Assembly: GCA_008632985.1 (NCBI GenBank)
Contig: QPGO01000172.1
Coordinates: 1 to 64,000, forward strand
DNA from: Psammoneis japonica
Lineage: Eukaryota
Length of the DNA stretch: 64,000 nucleotides
Direction: 5' to 3'
Below, piece after piece: positions 47,909-59,570 of the stretch. A program made the position numbers and the translations under genes. The notes under the pieces were generated by a model. It made no database searches. It was given only the letters and a program-made list of their open reading frames with translations, and was not told the origin of the DNA. Position 1 is the stretch's first letter. Each line of letters begins with the position of its first letter.

Positions 47909-50900
47909 TTAATGATGTGTTTTGTAAGGATGTAAGAGACGAATGTTGACTCGTTCTTTGATCCTACGACCAGCTTGGATCCGCACGGTACCATTGGAGT
48001 AGACTTCGATGATATCGTACGGGCCGTCGTAATGCCGTTCATGCTTGCGTCCGGCACGTCGTTTGTATAGTACACGGTCGCCTACTCGGTATTGATGGGC
48101 GATTCGTTTTTGGTTTTCGCGCTTGTTGTTGAGATCGATCAGACGTTGCTTTCGCCGCCGGATCTGGTCCCAATTAGCACTAAATTTTCTATCAAAAATC
48201 ATGTCACGTCCAAAGACCAATTCTGCTGGAGTGGCTTGGAGTGTAGTGTGGTAGGTGCTTCTCATTGCATGGGCTACATTAGCCAAATAGCCAGACCAAG
48301 GATCGATCGGATCTAGTGTCTGCATTTGCAAGTCAAATGTGCGGAGCATGTTATGTAGAGTAAGGTGAACGCGCTCAATGACGCTATTCGCCTGTGGGTT
48401 TCAGCCAGAGGCTGGTTTTGCTTTGATTCCATAAGACTCTAAAAGTTCTTGGAATTCTTGGCCTGCAAATTCACCACCCTGATCATGAGTGATCTGGCGA
48501 GGACGGGGACAGCGACAGAACCATTCTCGGCCGACTGTTAATGCTGCCGTCTCGCTGCTAGCGTCGGGCATTTCTTTGATTTCAAACCACGACGTTGCAG
48601 GGTCTGTCATGGTGAGGGCTTTTAATTCGTGAATTTTGCCGTCAACGGTCTGCACTTTGTAAGGACCGATGAGATCTGCGCACAATTTGCGCCACGGATG
48701 ATGTTCTGCTGCTTTGGCAGGAAGATGGCCGCATTTCTTTGTGTTTTTCTTGAGCCGTTGACACTCGTCACAATGTGTCACACGGTCTCGTACGTCTTCG
48801 CGCAAGTTTTTCCATGTAAAGTTTCTTCGCATTGTTTCTTCTGTCCGATCCGTTCCAGGATGACAGAGATTGACATGATGCCAATCCACGATTGGTTTTC
48901 TGAGCGGTCGCGGTGTCGGCATTTGATTGCCGTTGAAAAATGTGACGTTGTTTTCACCCATTTTTCTGACCGTGCAGTTGCCATCCGTTTCTAGCTTCTC
49001 ACACATTTTTGTGTCTCTCCATTGACATTTTGCGATCGTCTTGTGGCTGATGGGCAAGCCATCAGTGGGAGTTGTCTCCTCTTTTTTCTCCAGGCGCCTG
49101 CGCTTGCGGGCTGACTGGGATCGCGGCAGAGCCTCATCTGCAAGGGCTTTGGCTTTTTCAGCTAACTTTCTCTTCTCTCGAGTTCGGGTTTGGACAAAGA
49201 GCTGCTCGGATTGCGCAGTTCGCTCCGGCTGCTTGGATTTTTGGTGCGCGCTGCCGTCAAGGCCTTTGACTGTCTCAGTTGGTTTCTTCTTGTCGAGCCG
49301 GCTTAGTGCATCGGCCGCGACATTTTCCTCTCCCTTGACAAACGTCAAGGTGGGTCCGAACTCTTCCACAAACAGGCGCCAGCGATGCACACGCGCTGAC
49401 GATGCCATTTCATAAGTGAGATTGATGTGATCTGTAAAAATTTCAATTTCGTGTCCTGACAAGATGTTTCTGCATTCTCGCAGGCACTCCACGACAGAGA
49501 GCAGCTCTCTTTCAGCAGTGGCACAGTTTCTTTGGGCTTCATTGAGCTTTCTGCTGCAACAAGCAATTGGCTTGCCCTCTTGGGATGTGATGGCGCCGAG
49601 TTGAAAATCACTCGCGTCGACATGGATTGTAAATTTTTTGGAGAAGTCTGGGTGCGCGAGCATCACGTCTCGCTTCAGTGCCTCTTTTGCTGCTTGAAAG
49701 GCTCTCTCATGTGTTGGGAGCCAGTTCAGCTTTTTCTTTTTCTTGCTGGACATCAGCTCTGACAGTGGTGCGAGCAGGTGCGATCGTGATCGCCACATGT
49801 CTCGGTAAAAATTGACCATGCCGATGAATCGGCGAAGTTGTTTTTGTGTTTCTGGTCGCTTGATCTCATCTGTTGCTTTTACTTTCTCTCTCACAGGTTT
49901 TGTGCCTTCCCTGGTGAGCCAGAAACCGAGGCATTCAATCTCGGCAGCAAAGAATTTTGATTTTGCGGCGTTGACTTTGAGCCCGGCTTGTTGCAGCCGG
50001 TCCAAGACTTGTTGGAGTTGGTCAAGGTGCTCTTCAAAGGAGCCCTGGCCTGTCAGAAGGAGGTCGTCTAGGTGAGTGCGAACGAAATCCTCCAGGCCTT
50101 GCATCAGCTGCATCATTTTTAGCTGAAAAATGTCTGACGCCGGTGCTGCTCCCATTGGCAGGCGTTGACAGCCACATTTTCCCCATGGGGTGATGACAGT
50201 GCACATCTCTTGTGCTTGAGGCGTGAGCCCAATGGTGTGGCAACCCACATTTGGGTCTAAAGAAGCAGCGTGCTTGAACCCTTGTAGGTTTTGCAGTGGC
50301 TCTTGTGTGGTCGGAGGCGGACATGGTTCGCGCCTCAGTCTTGCACTCAATTTTCTGAAATCAGAAACGAATCGGACTGTTTTGTTTTTCTCAGGAACAA
50401 TGAAAGCAGGGTGTGCATGTCTGCTGCTGTCATTTCTCTTGAGAACACCGACAGACTCCAATCTTTGGAGTTCTTTGAGCAGGGTGTCCTTGTGAATTTG
50501 AGGAACACTGAATGCTCGTTTTGCGTGAAACGGCATGTCTTCACCCGGTTTCACGTGCAAGTCGGCTGGTTCGCAGTCGAATTCGCCTGGAGTGCCGTCG
50601 AAGAGTGTCTCATGGCTTTTTGACACTTTCAACAGTTTCTTCTTTTGTTTTCTGTCGAGTGCAGTGCACTCGTCGACTGTCTTGTCGAGATCTGCTTTTT
50701 CACATTTAGCATCCAAGATTTTGGTCGCGCGCTCAGCGGTGTCTTTTAAAATTTCGCTCGCGTGGATGTCATTTTCGTCTGATTGCATCTGCCAGAGTGC
50801 TTCTTCGGCTTCTGAACCAGGCTCAACTTCATCATGGCTTTGCATGGGAGCCCATGAATCGCCCCACTGAATCGTTTTGGACGAATGTGATAAATCGATC

Positions 50901-52486
50901 TTGAGTTCTTCGAGACAGTCGCTTCCAAGAATCAAGCCACAAGTCTTGTCCTCGGTCTCGTCGACATGAAAAGACCAGCGGAAGGTCTTTGATGTTGACA
51001 GTTCTGGCAAAGCAATGTCACACGCGACTCTATGACGACATGTGAACTCGCCAGTTTTTGTGTTGAAACTGGCAGATTTGACTTTTTGCCAGAATCTCCT
51101 TGGCACTTGAGATTTGTGGATCAGGGAAGCAGAGCTCCCAGAATCTAACAATGTTGGAGCACTTGACCCAGTGACAGAGTCGTCTTCTGGCAGTGCAGTT
51201 GCTGCTGATGCTGCCATCTTGCGCTTTTTCTTTGCAATTTTGGTGCCAATCGGCCTGATCGGACATAAAAAATTTCTCGTGACAGCGGCATTTCTACGCT
51301 CCGCTTTCGCGTGATCTATTTTGTCCTGTGAGCAATTGAGCCGGTGGCCATCAGATTGTTCACTGCTAGATTCACATTTTCTATTTTGTTTCTCGGAACG
51401 GCGGATCTTGCGTGCTCGTCCATCATCGTAGTCCGAGGATTCATCGCTCGAGGAGCAGTGTGATCTCTCTGATTCGTCGTCAGAGATGTGACAGTTGCGC
51501 TTGCGGTGACGGTTGTTCCGATCCTTGTCATGGCGCTCATTTTTGTCTCGGTCATCACGTTTGAAGGACACTTTTTTATGACGTGGATGTCCTGGGTGGT
51601 TGCACTCTTGGTCATTGTGTCCGGACCTTTTGCAAAAGTCGCAGCACTTGGGTTTCCGGGGAATCTTGCATCCGGACGTTCCCTTGTAAGACGCCTTGCG
51701 GTCGTTCTTCTTACTGTCACGGTCGTCGCTTCCATGACGGCGATCGTTGGAATGCTTGTTGCGTTTGTCCTTGCATTTCTCCGCCCTTTCCATGCGGTGG
51801 AATCGCTCCTTCAAGTCCTTTTTGGTGAGTTCTCAAGGGTTCATGCCGTTCGCCGTGAGTTTGTCATGCCAGGCTTGCGGCGCGCTCTTGATGAGCATGT
51901 TGACACAATCGTCGTCTGTCAAAGTGGGCTGCGTGTCTAGTGCCTCACCTTCGGTGTCGACGTCCAGCGGAAACTGCTGAAGGTCAGTTGTCATGCCGTC
52001 CATCGCGGAGACGAACTGTTTGTACGTCGCTCCGGACGGTTTCTTGACGGTCTTCAGGTGCTCGATCTGGTCACATCGAGGCGTGTCGCTCTCGAAGCAA
52101 CATGACTTGAACGTCTCGAGGACAGCTTGGAACATGTCCTCTGTCTCCAGCGCTGGATCTTCAAATTCCTGACGCGCTCGCTCCCAATCGGTCTTCGCTG
52201 CACCGATGAGGCAAGCAGAAAAGACGCCGAACTTGGACGGGCCTGCTTCACAGGGCTTGCGGTCAAAGATCTCCTGCACCTGTCTTAAGAAATCACATGA
52301 GAAACGGGGGTTGTCATCGCCACACTCACCGCTGAAAGATGTCACCTTCTTTTCGTGCGTTCCACTGTGGATGTCGGTCGGGACATCTCGAACTTCAAAC
52401 TTCGTAGCAGGGCCCTTGAAGCGTTTCGGAGTTTCCCACTGTCCGGTGAGTTCGAAGGACGGCACCGTAGTGTCGTTGGAGGTCAT
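47909..52486 (-). pseudogene. Single-frame gag-pol (Gag-CCHC, PR, RT, RNase H, IN) with two in-frame TGA stops
   Basis: ORFs 51833..52486, 48401..51814 and 47909..48349 share one frame. CDFCKRSGHNDQEC, LLDSGSS, RTHLDD (YxDD), DASDFQLGA, ADALSRL, HHCC, ADLIGP, HDQGGEF, NPQANSVIERVH. Domain order PR-RT-RH-IN. Confidence 0.95.
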
Positions 52487-52516
52487 TGTGAAAAGACGCG
52501 TGAAGTGAATTCACTG

Positions 52517-52689
52517 TGCACTGAGCTAGCATAACGTTGATCAGTTGATGAGAAAAAAGTGAGCTCTATGGTTAGACTGCTCATTGATCTTCTATAGAAT
52601 GGATCTGACTCATCGCTTGCATCATCAGATGAGCGACGTCAGAAGACATCTGCAAGTGTGAATTATAGATCTTAGGGCGGCGTACTGCA
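52517..52689 (-). repeat. 5' LTR of the Gypsy element
   Basis: TGCACTGAGC...CGTACTGCA on + strand; matches 47710-47882. Confidence 0.97.
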
Positions 52690-53834
52690 GTGCTCATTTG
52701 ATGCCTTTTCGCATCCACACGCGAGTGTGTATGGACCATGTGGCAAGGGTTTGGAATTCGGAATGCTACGGCAAGGGATCTATTAAGACTACATGATCGT
52801 ACGATGGCGTCTCGGAGGATGCATTTGTGCTCATGTTTGGTTTGCTCGTTCTTGTTCAAACAGCCAGCTACCATCCATTCATGCCACGAAAGGCCAAGCT
52901 CGTGCTGGTTACGTCATAAAATGCCGCCCATTCTAGCTATTCCTTTTACGTTTGACTATGACAGCGACGGGTACGACGATTTTTTTCGACGGACGAGATG
53001 GAATTCTTCAAAAACAATGTGATTGTCATTACTCTAGCAATATGACATGAGAGTTTCTTCTAGTCATACCATAAAGTGCATTTTTATTGTAATAGTCTAG
53101 ATAGGATAAACATCGAGCGACGAGTTCCGTGTAGAGGCGGAACCTCACAGATTATCCAGTCCACCACCGTCGGGCATGGTGAATGCTGCGTCTCTGCCTT
53201 GATTAAAAATACTGTTTCGACTAGTATCACTCTCAACGACGCGTTCATCTACTTCGTTTTGCATAAAGCTACATCACGGATTCGTTGTAACGTGGTGACC
53301 GTCATCATTATAGAAAACGGCATAGCCAACACCCAAACCAAGCACCACGCTAATTAAAAGCTCAACGGAAAAGGTTGAAGGAAGCAATAGTCATGAAGTG
53401 GATTCCCTCGTCTCTCCAAAATTATTGTGGCAATACAGTGTGTTGATCAGTTGAGAATAGGGCCTATGTAGCAAGACGACATGGAACTCGGTTAGCTAGA
53501 GGGAAGAATGCTTCGTCTTCGAGTTGAGAGGGATACAGCCAGTGACCTTTAAGAAAAGAATAGACCAGTGTAGGAAAAACTGATCAGCCTATAAAGCAAC
53601 CATAGAAAAAAAGTCCCAAATATAGTCAGTATCTGAAGCGTCGCTCGGAGATTCATTCATTTTTTGCAGCCCTCGCCCTATTGTGAGTGAATCAATTGTC
53701 GTCCAAGAAGTGTGATCTTCTCCTGCTCTACATCGAGCTTGACTTTCATTCGGAAGGTGCCGGAACAAGTTGATTGAAGCTGCTTTGCAATCGGAGAAAA
53801 GACTGGACTGGCTGAAGCCGTATTATACTGCAGC

Positions 53835-54990
53835 TTACTCATCAGCAGTAGTCAATTTCCTTGTAGTTCCCGCATCAAAGGCAAACAGCTGAGCAACATT
53901 ACCTTGAACGACGGCAATATCACCATCAACAAATGTCAACATGGAGGGAATAATGAATAAGAGAGCCGGAAGCCCCGAGCTTGAAACACCCGGAACAAAC
54001 TCGCACGCCAAACAACCCGTGGCAAACCCCAGCAAAGAGGCTACAAAGCAATTGCTATTTTTCTGCTCTTGATCAAATCGGAGACAAAATGTTGACAATG
54101 GACAAAGGGAAAACGGCATCTCCTAGCCCCAACAAGTCGGTGACAATGCCACGAAACCGCACCACAAGCAATCCCGGCTGCCACAACGTTGCTTCTCCCG
54201 TACTGGCAAGAGCCACTGCGCCCATGGTGGAGGACGAAGCGCTGCACACGGCTTGTCCTTGAGCAGTCGCTAGACTTGTAGTACTGCCCAAATCAATCAG
54301 TTGTATGCCGACCGATACCACATCATACACAAGGCCAAGCCCGTCAGTTAGTGCCACGAGAATGGGCCCCATCCGTGGCAATGGCCAAACAGACGCATAG
54401 TATATTTTGAATGGGCCAAAAAAACGCAGATGGACCCACAAAGGCAAGAGCCGATAGTAGCAACGCAATAAGAGTTGTCGTGATTTCCTTTTGTTGGAGC
54501 AATGGCAAGCGTGCTAGTTCGGCGCGGGAAAAGAGAGCTCGACCAGCCCGTTGGAAAGCGACATGAAACTGGGAATCAACTCCTTTACGCTCTCCAGCAA
54601 GGCAGTAATCGAAGGAGAAGAGGACACCAAATAATCGTCTTGTTGCTGTTGCAACACGACAATGAAGACCGAGGTTGCCAAACTCGCCACGACAAGGAGA
54701 GGTAGTCCCACGGCTTGCGTCGAGTCCTTCACACGGTCGAGCGCAGTAGCCATTTCCTGAAATCGCGTATCGTGTATCGTCTTGTTTGTCCTATTTTTTC
54801 AACGTCCGACAGCACTTGTCGCGTCAAATCCACGAGCCGTGTTCCCAGAGCTGCATCATTTGTCGCCCCTCGTGTGCTGCCAGTGTTCACCACGATGAGT
54901 GCCAGCGCATAAATAATGTAGAGCCGTTTATTGCAAATCACGAGCGGTGCAAGGAATCGGAATTGTAACAGGACCAATCCAAGTGACAAG
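53835..54990 (-). pseudogene. Signal peptide peptidase-like (GxGD aspartyl protease, A22B), frameshifted
   Basis: GLVYDVVSV (YD), LLGLGDAVFP (GLGD), GLPALLFIIP (PAL) in the right order, split across frames near 54110. Pseudogene or assembly indels. Confidence 0.8.
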
Positions 54991-55149
54991 GCACGATGCT
55001 TGGAGCAACGATACTATGGAGGACCACATCGGACATCGGTGACGGTTTGCTGCTCGGTGGCGCAACAGACAGACTGCCGATCTGGGATCGAGACGGTCGA
55101 CCGGGTCGTCTCTTTGTTGGTGTCCCGCCCCACGAAAAAATAGCCAGCG

Positions 55150-57338
55150 CGCGTGACTTTGACAGTTCCAGCCACTGCCTTCAGACTTGTTGCCTTGAGC
55201 GTGACTTGCAGAAGTGTGGGAACTTTCAAGGTGGTGTTGGTGAGGGCGACGATTCAGTGATGATGGCAAGTGACACCCCAGAGGAGAGGCAATGCTGCAG
55301 CTTCCTCTGAACACCACTGAAAAAGTCATCTCAAAGTTCCCACACCTGATGTTTTTTACAAGCAACCCAAAACCTGTGTTTTTGCCAGGAGATTTCTTGG
55401 AGACAGAGCTCTCTCTTTGTGGGAAACAGCTCAGCTTGAGAGGGACCTTGAATTGGGATGGTGGAGTCCACCTCACTCAATGCATCAGAGGAGAGGCAAG
55501 CCAGATCTTTTGTGATGGAGTTGGGGATGGTTTCCCTGTCTGGGAGAGGCGGGTGTTTCGTGAGCAAGACCACCAGGTTTTTCAGAGAGAGCACAGCTCC
55601 CAGATGGTCATGGCCACAGCGCACAAGGTCTCAGACTTGGAGGTTAGAGAGGAGAGCAAAAAGCCATGGAAGCAAGAGCAAAGCAAGCCAGGAGAGGAAA
55701 AGCAAGGCAAGCAAAAGAAGAGAAAGATGGCGACCTTGGGCAGCGGTGCAGTCAAGAGCAAACAAGTGGCCAGAGCAGTCAATCTTGAGTTCAGGGAGAA
55801 GGGCAAGAAAGGTGGAAGATCACCAATGTACAGGGGGGTTGCAGCCAGCTCCTCTCTCAGGATGAAGATCGGCTTCTCTGCACCTTTTGTGAGAAAAAAG
55901 AACACAAGTTCAAGACAGAATGGCAGCTGGGCTGCAGGCTGGCATGCATTGATGGCAAATTGGATGAGCAATCTCTTCAAAAATTGTTTGAGAAAGAGGA
56001 GCACCAAGAAGCAGTTTGAGACCTTCAAGGGCAAATTGAGGAGGCTGCCAAACATGTGCAGCACATGATTTGAGGCTGAGGTTTTCAAGTTTTCTGCAAA
56101 CAACAACTCTTTTCTTTGGGTCTGCGGGAAATCACCATTTTTGCCACCTGCGTGTCAAAATTGATGGAATCGCGCCTGCCAGCACAAAATCTGTCTGGCA
56201 AGACAAATTTGTTGCCGACACCACCTCGCAGAAAAGACATTTTCAGAAACAACTTTTGATGCAACAAAACTGTGCGGGACAAAGAAAACTGTGTAAAGAC
56301 CCTGATGTGCACAATTGAAAATGTCCCAAAATTTGTGTTGTGTGGGAATGTGCCAGTCTTCTACATGCAAAAGAACCCGCATGTGCATTTTTCAAAATGT
56401 GCGACACAACTTTCAAAGTGCACATCCGGGTCACATTTTTTTGTGCAGATTTTGTGCTGGAAGTCTTGCAGGAATTCTAAAAACACCCGGGTGTGCATTT
56501 TTGAAACTGTGGCACAACTTTGATTTGTGTCAAAAGTTGTGCCAAAAATGCGCGAGCTCGTCACGCAGGAAAAGTGCGTGCGGCTGCACTGTTGGCATTG
56601 CAAATGGTTGAAACTCACAGAGATTCTCTGTTTTTTTGCTTTGAAGCACGATTTCCCGCAGAGCCTGTGTCCAATTTAGAGCTGCTTTGTCTGCACATTG
56701 TTGGCTTTTGCCATGCTTTTTGAAGCATTGTCTGCTGCTTGATGCAAGACGTTTCATCATTTGCCGGCACATGTCTGCGTGGAATTCACAGTGCACAACA
56801 CACGCGCAAATTTGTCCATGCTGCAGCTGGCATGTTGCCATGCAGAAATGTGTGCAAGGGTCACAAGTGCGCTTGAGTGCACTTGACAAGGAGCGCTTTT
56901 TTGGCTTTCCCCCTGAGCTGAGATGTCGGCAGCTCTTTGTGTGCCCAGACTTTGTTCATCAGATGCTCAGCCACAAACCTGTCCTCTCTTGTGTTGCGGC
57001 TGTTTGGACTCTCCATTGAGAAAGTCCACAGCAGCCCAGGCCATCCTGAGTGCTGACAAAACAGCTCTTGGCAAAACTTTTCTTAATTGCGCCAAATGCA
57101 CAAATTTCCAAATGATGGGAATCGAACCCACTCGGAGCACCTGGCCCCAATTGACTTTTTCCAAATCCGTTTTTTGCCAAATCGAAGGGCAAGTGCACAC
57201 TTTGCACGCATTTTCGGGTGGACACTCACCTTTTGATTTTCGAAACAATCAAAATTGAAGGAGTTAATTGCACTGAACTGCACAGAAAATTGGCCTCTCT
57301 CGTGATGAAAAGCAGATCACCTGGAGCTGGAACAGGCC
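55150..57338. mobile_element. TpA-erased transposon remnant ending in the family 2 TIR; subterminal-type repeats at ~56290-56560
   Basis: Ends ...CACCTGGAGCTGGAACAGGCC at 57338; 57087-57338 is homologous to MITE 24384-24643; repeated GTGCATTTTT, CACAACTTT and GTGCACA motifs. Left boundary is approximate. Confidence 0.6.
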
Positions 57339-57674
57339 AGCTGGCTTGGCTCTGTGTCAGCCCCTTGACAAAGATGCAGAGATTGTGTTGTTGTGCAGTG
57401 AGATGCTTTCCCTCAGTGTCAGCACAGCACCCTGCTTGCAGAGTTGCAAAATGGCATGCAAGCCTCCTCAAGCTCCTTTTGCCAGCGCTGCAGGGCAACT
57501 TGTTGTTGGCATGAAAAAGCTCTGAAGCAAGGTTCTTGGGTCGAAGAGTTGCTGGGCATGCCAAGCAAGCATGAGACCTCCTGTGAGATGTGCCCACAAT
57601 GAGACTTTCAACACAGCAATGTTGTGCACATGGGGTTTGAAGCAAGAGACACACATTGGCACACAAACATGTGT

Positions 57675-57862
57675 GCAGCATCAAGGGACAGACCATTGTG
57701 AGTGGTGGTGCAGGCGCTTGTGCGGTGAGCGATCGTGCTCTTGACTGACGCGATGCATCAAGGGACAGACCATTGTGTTCGGTGGTGCAGTCAGGCGCTT
57801 GTGCAGTGAGCGATTGTGCTCTTGATGCACGCATGGATGCAACGCATCAAGGGACAGACCAA
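57675..57862. repeat. Short tandem repeat, ~77-90-bp period
   Basis: GCATCAAGGGACAGACCA near 57678, 57755 and 57845, with CAGGCGCTTGTGC.GTGAGCGAT.GTGCTCTTGA in two units. Confidence 0.8.
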
Positions 57863-57934
57863 GAGCATGTTGGAGATGACATGATGCGATGTGGATGACA
57901 GAGATCGAGAAACAAAACTCAACACGGGACAACG

Positions 57935-58890
57935 ATGACAAAGCTCCGGATTGAAATCATCACAGATTCAAAGATCACAGTCGACCACAGGATGCCTTGG
58001 CGTGTTGTTTGTGTCGCTTGTCGATTGATGCTGCATTGCCGATGAAGAAATTGAAAAGGAACTTTTTTCCGTGGTGCGTTGAGTGTTGTTGAGCTTCTCA
58101 GAAAAAGCTTTCGATTGATGCAGCAAAGCATGCTTTGCTCTGACTCATGCTTCTAATTCTGCTTTTGCCTGTTTTCAATCGCACTTCCAATCCACTTGTG
58201 TCGGCTCGTGCACCATGGCAGGTGTCGAGGTCCCGGCTCTCACTTTTCGGGGAGCATTTCCGCCAAATTTGTTGATTTGCTTTCTCAGCCTGCCCACCTC
58301 TGGCCAATGCATTTCGTTGACACTTGGAATGACTGCATGACAAGTCCCATTCCAAAAAATCAAAAAGAAGTCATGGTCGTTTCGGACTCAAGCTGGACAA
58401 CAAACACGGCCACTGGCTGTCCAGACTGTGGATGCTTTTTCCGAGGTGCCGTTCGTTTTGACATTCCGGATTTTCTGCACCATTTGAAGAATTTCACCTT
58501 GGTGATTCCAAAGTGTGGAGAAGTTAAATTCCGTCGTAATTGGCAAAATCTACAGTCCAAAGCTGAATTTATGAGAAATGCGGGCCCACAAGTCTTTGCA
58601 GTTGCTGCAATTTCAAGACGGGGAGATGGGAGACTCAAACACAAGCAAGCCGCAGCATAAAGAGCAGCACGCTGCTGCTACAAGATGGTGCAGCTTGACG
58701 ACCAACAGTGCCAGTGATGATGTCATGTGCAATGCATTGATGCTCGATGCTTGCTGTGGATCCCCGCTGGCCACAGAGATTCTTCTTGCCGGCCACAACG
58801 TCACTTTGGCATGCCGAGAGGCCACAGCGGTGCTCTTCAGTGAGGGAGGTTCGGTCGTTTGCATTCCCACACGCTCGGGTGAGGAGATTG
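57935..58890 (+). repeat. TpA-erased duplicate of 61083-62028
   Basis: Aligns from ATGACAAAGCTCCGGATTGA to CGGGTGAGGAGATTG with indels; many substitutions are TA->TG/CA. Confidence 0.92.
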
Positions 58891-58989
58891 CCAGTCAGAC
58901 GGTTCAGCGAGTCGGCCAACACCTCATGGGAGCCGGTTGAGTCTTTGCTCAATCCCACCCCACTGCAAGTCTTTCTGCTTCTCCTTGTG

Positions 58990-59570
58990 CTTTCACAGTT
59001 GTGCGGTCCGACATGGTCAATGCCTTTGTCCTGCCCAACAATCGTGTGTTTGTCATGACGGGCCTTTTCCAATGTGTTCGAGACGAAGATGAGTTGGCCG
59101 CTGTGTTGGGACATGAATTGGCCCATGGAATTGCACGCCATGCTGGTGAAAAAATGAGCGGCTCCATTGTTGTCAATGTCGCTGCTCGGTTGTTGTTCTC
59201 AGTGGATCCCAGAGGGGTGTTGTTGTCCACACTTCTCCCGGCAGCTCAGTTGCTGCAGGTGCTTCCTAATTCTAGACAAGCTGAAACCGAGGCTGATCAG
59301 ATTGGTGTGTTCTTGACTGCTCAGGCTTGCTGTGATCCACGTGCTGTCAAACGCATTTTTGCGCAAGTTGTTTTCTTTGCGCACATTGGCATGCCATCTT
59401 GTTCATCATTCCTCTGCTGTCGGCATGTCCAGAGCAATGAAAGAGGGGGCAAAGGGAGCGCAGCCTCCAGAATTCATTTCGACTCACCCTTCTCATGACC
59501 GACGCACAGCTGGTTTTGACGACTGGATGCCAGGGGTTTTGGGGGTCTTTGAGAGTGATGCCAGTCACCG
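58990..59570 (+). pseudogene. Peptidase M48 (Oma1-like) gene fragment with a relic intron, TpA-erased
   Basis: VNAFVLPNNRVFVMTGL, ELAAVLGHELAH (HExxH), SRQAETEADQIG, ACCDPR (usually ACYDPR), EFISTHPS. Intron 59363-59432 reads GCAAGT...CAG and joins in frame. Confidence 0.88.

Larger units (their letters stand above)
47710..52689 (-). mobile_element. Full-length Ty3/Gypsy LTR retrotransposon (4980 bp, 173-bp LTRs, 5-bp TSD)
   Basis: LTRs 47710-47882 and 52517-52689, both TG...CA, five mismatches by eye. TSD GTACT (47705-47709) vs GTGCT (52690-52694). Purine-rich GGGAAGCGAA precedes the 3' LTR on the minus strand. Confidence 0.97.

Noticed and set aside
47710..52689. Classical fungal RIP (CpA->TpA) as the cause of copy differences
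   Set aside because: Repeats are TpA-poor rather than TpA-rich, and conserved Tyr motifs, the TTAA TSD and the GT donor all polarise the change as TA->TG/CA.
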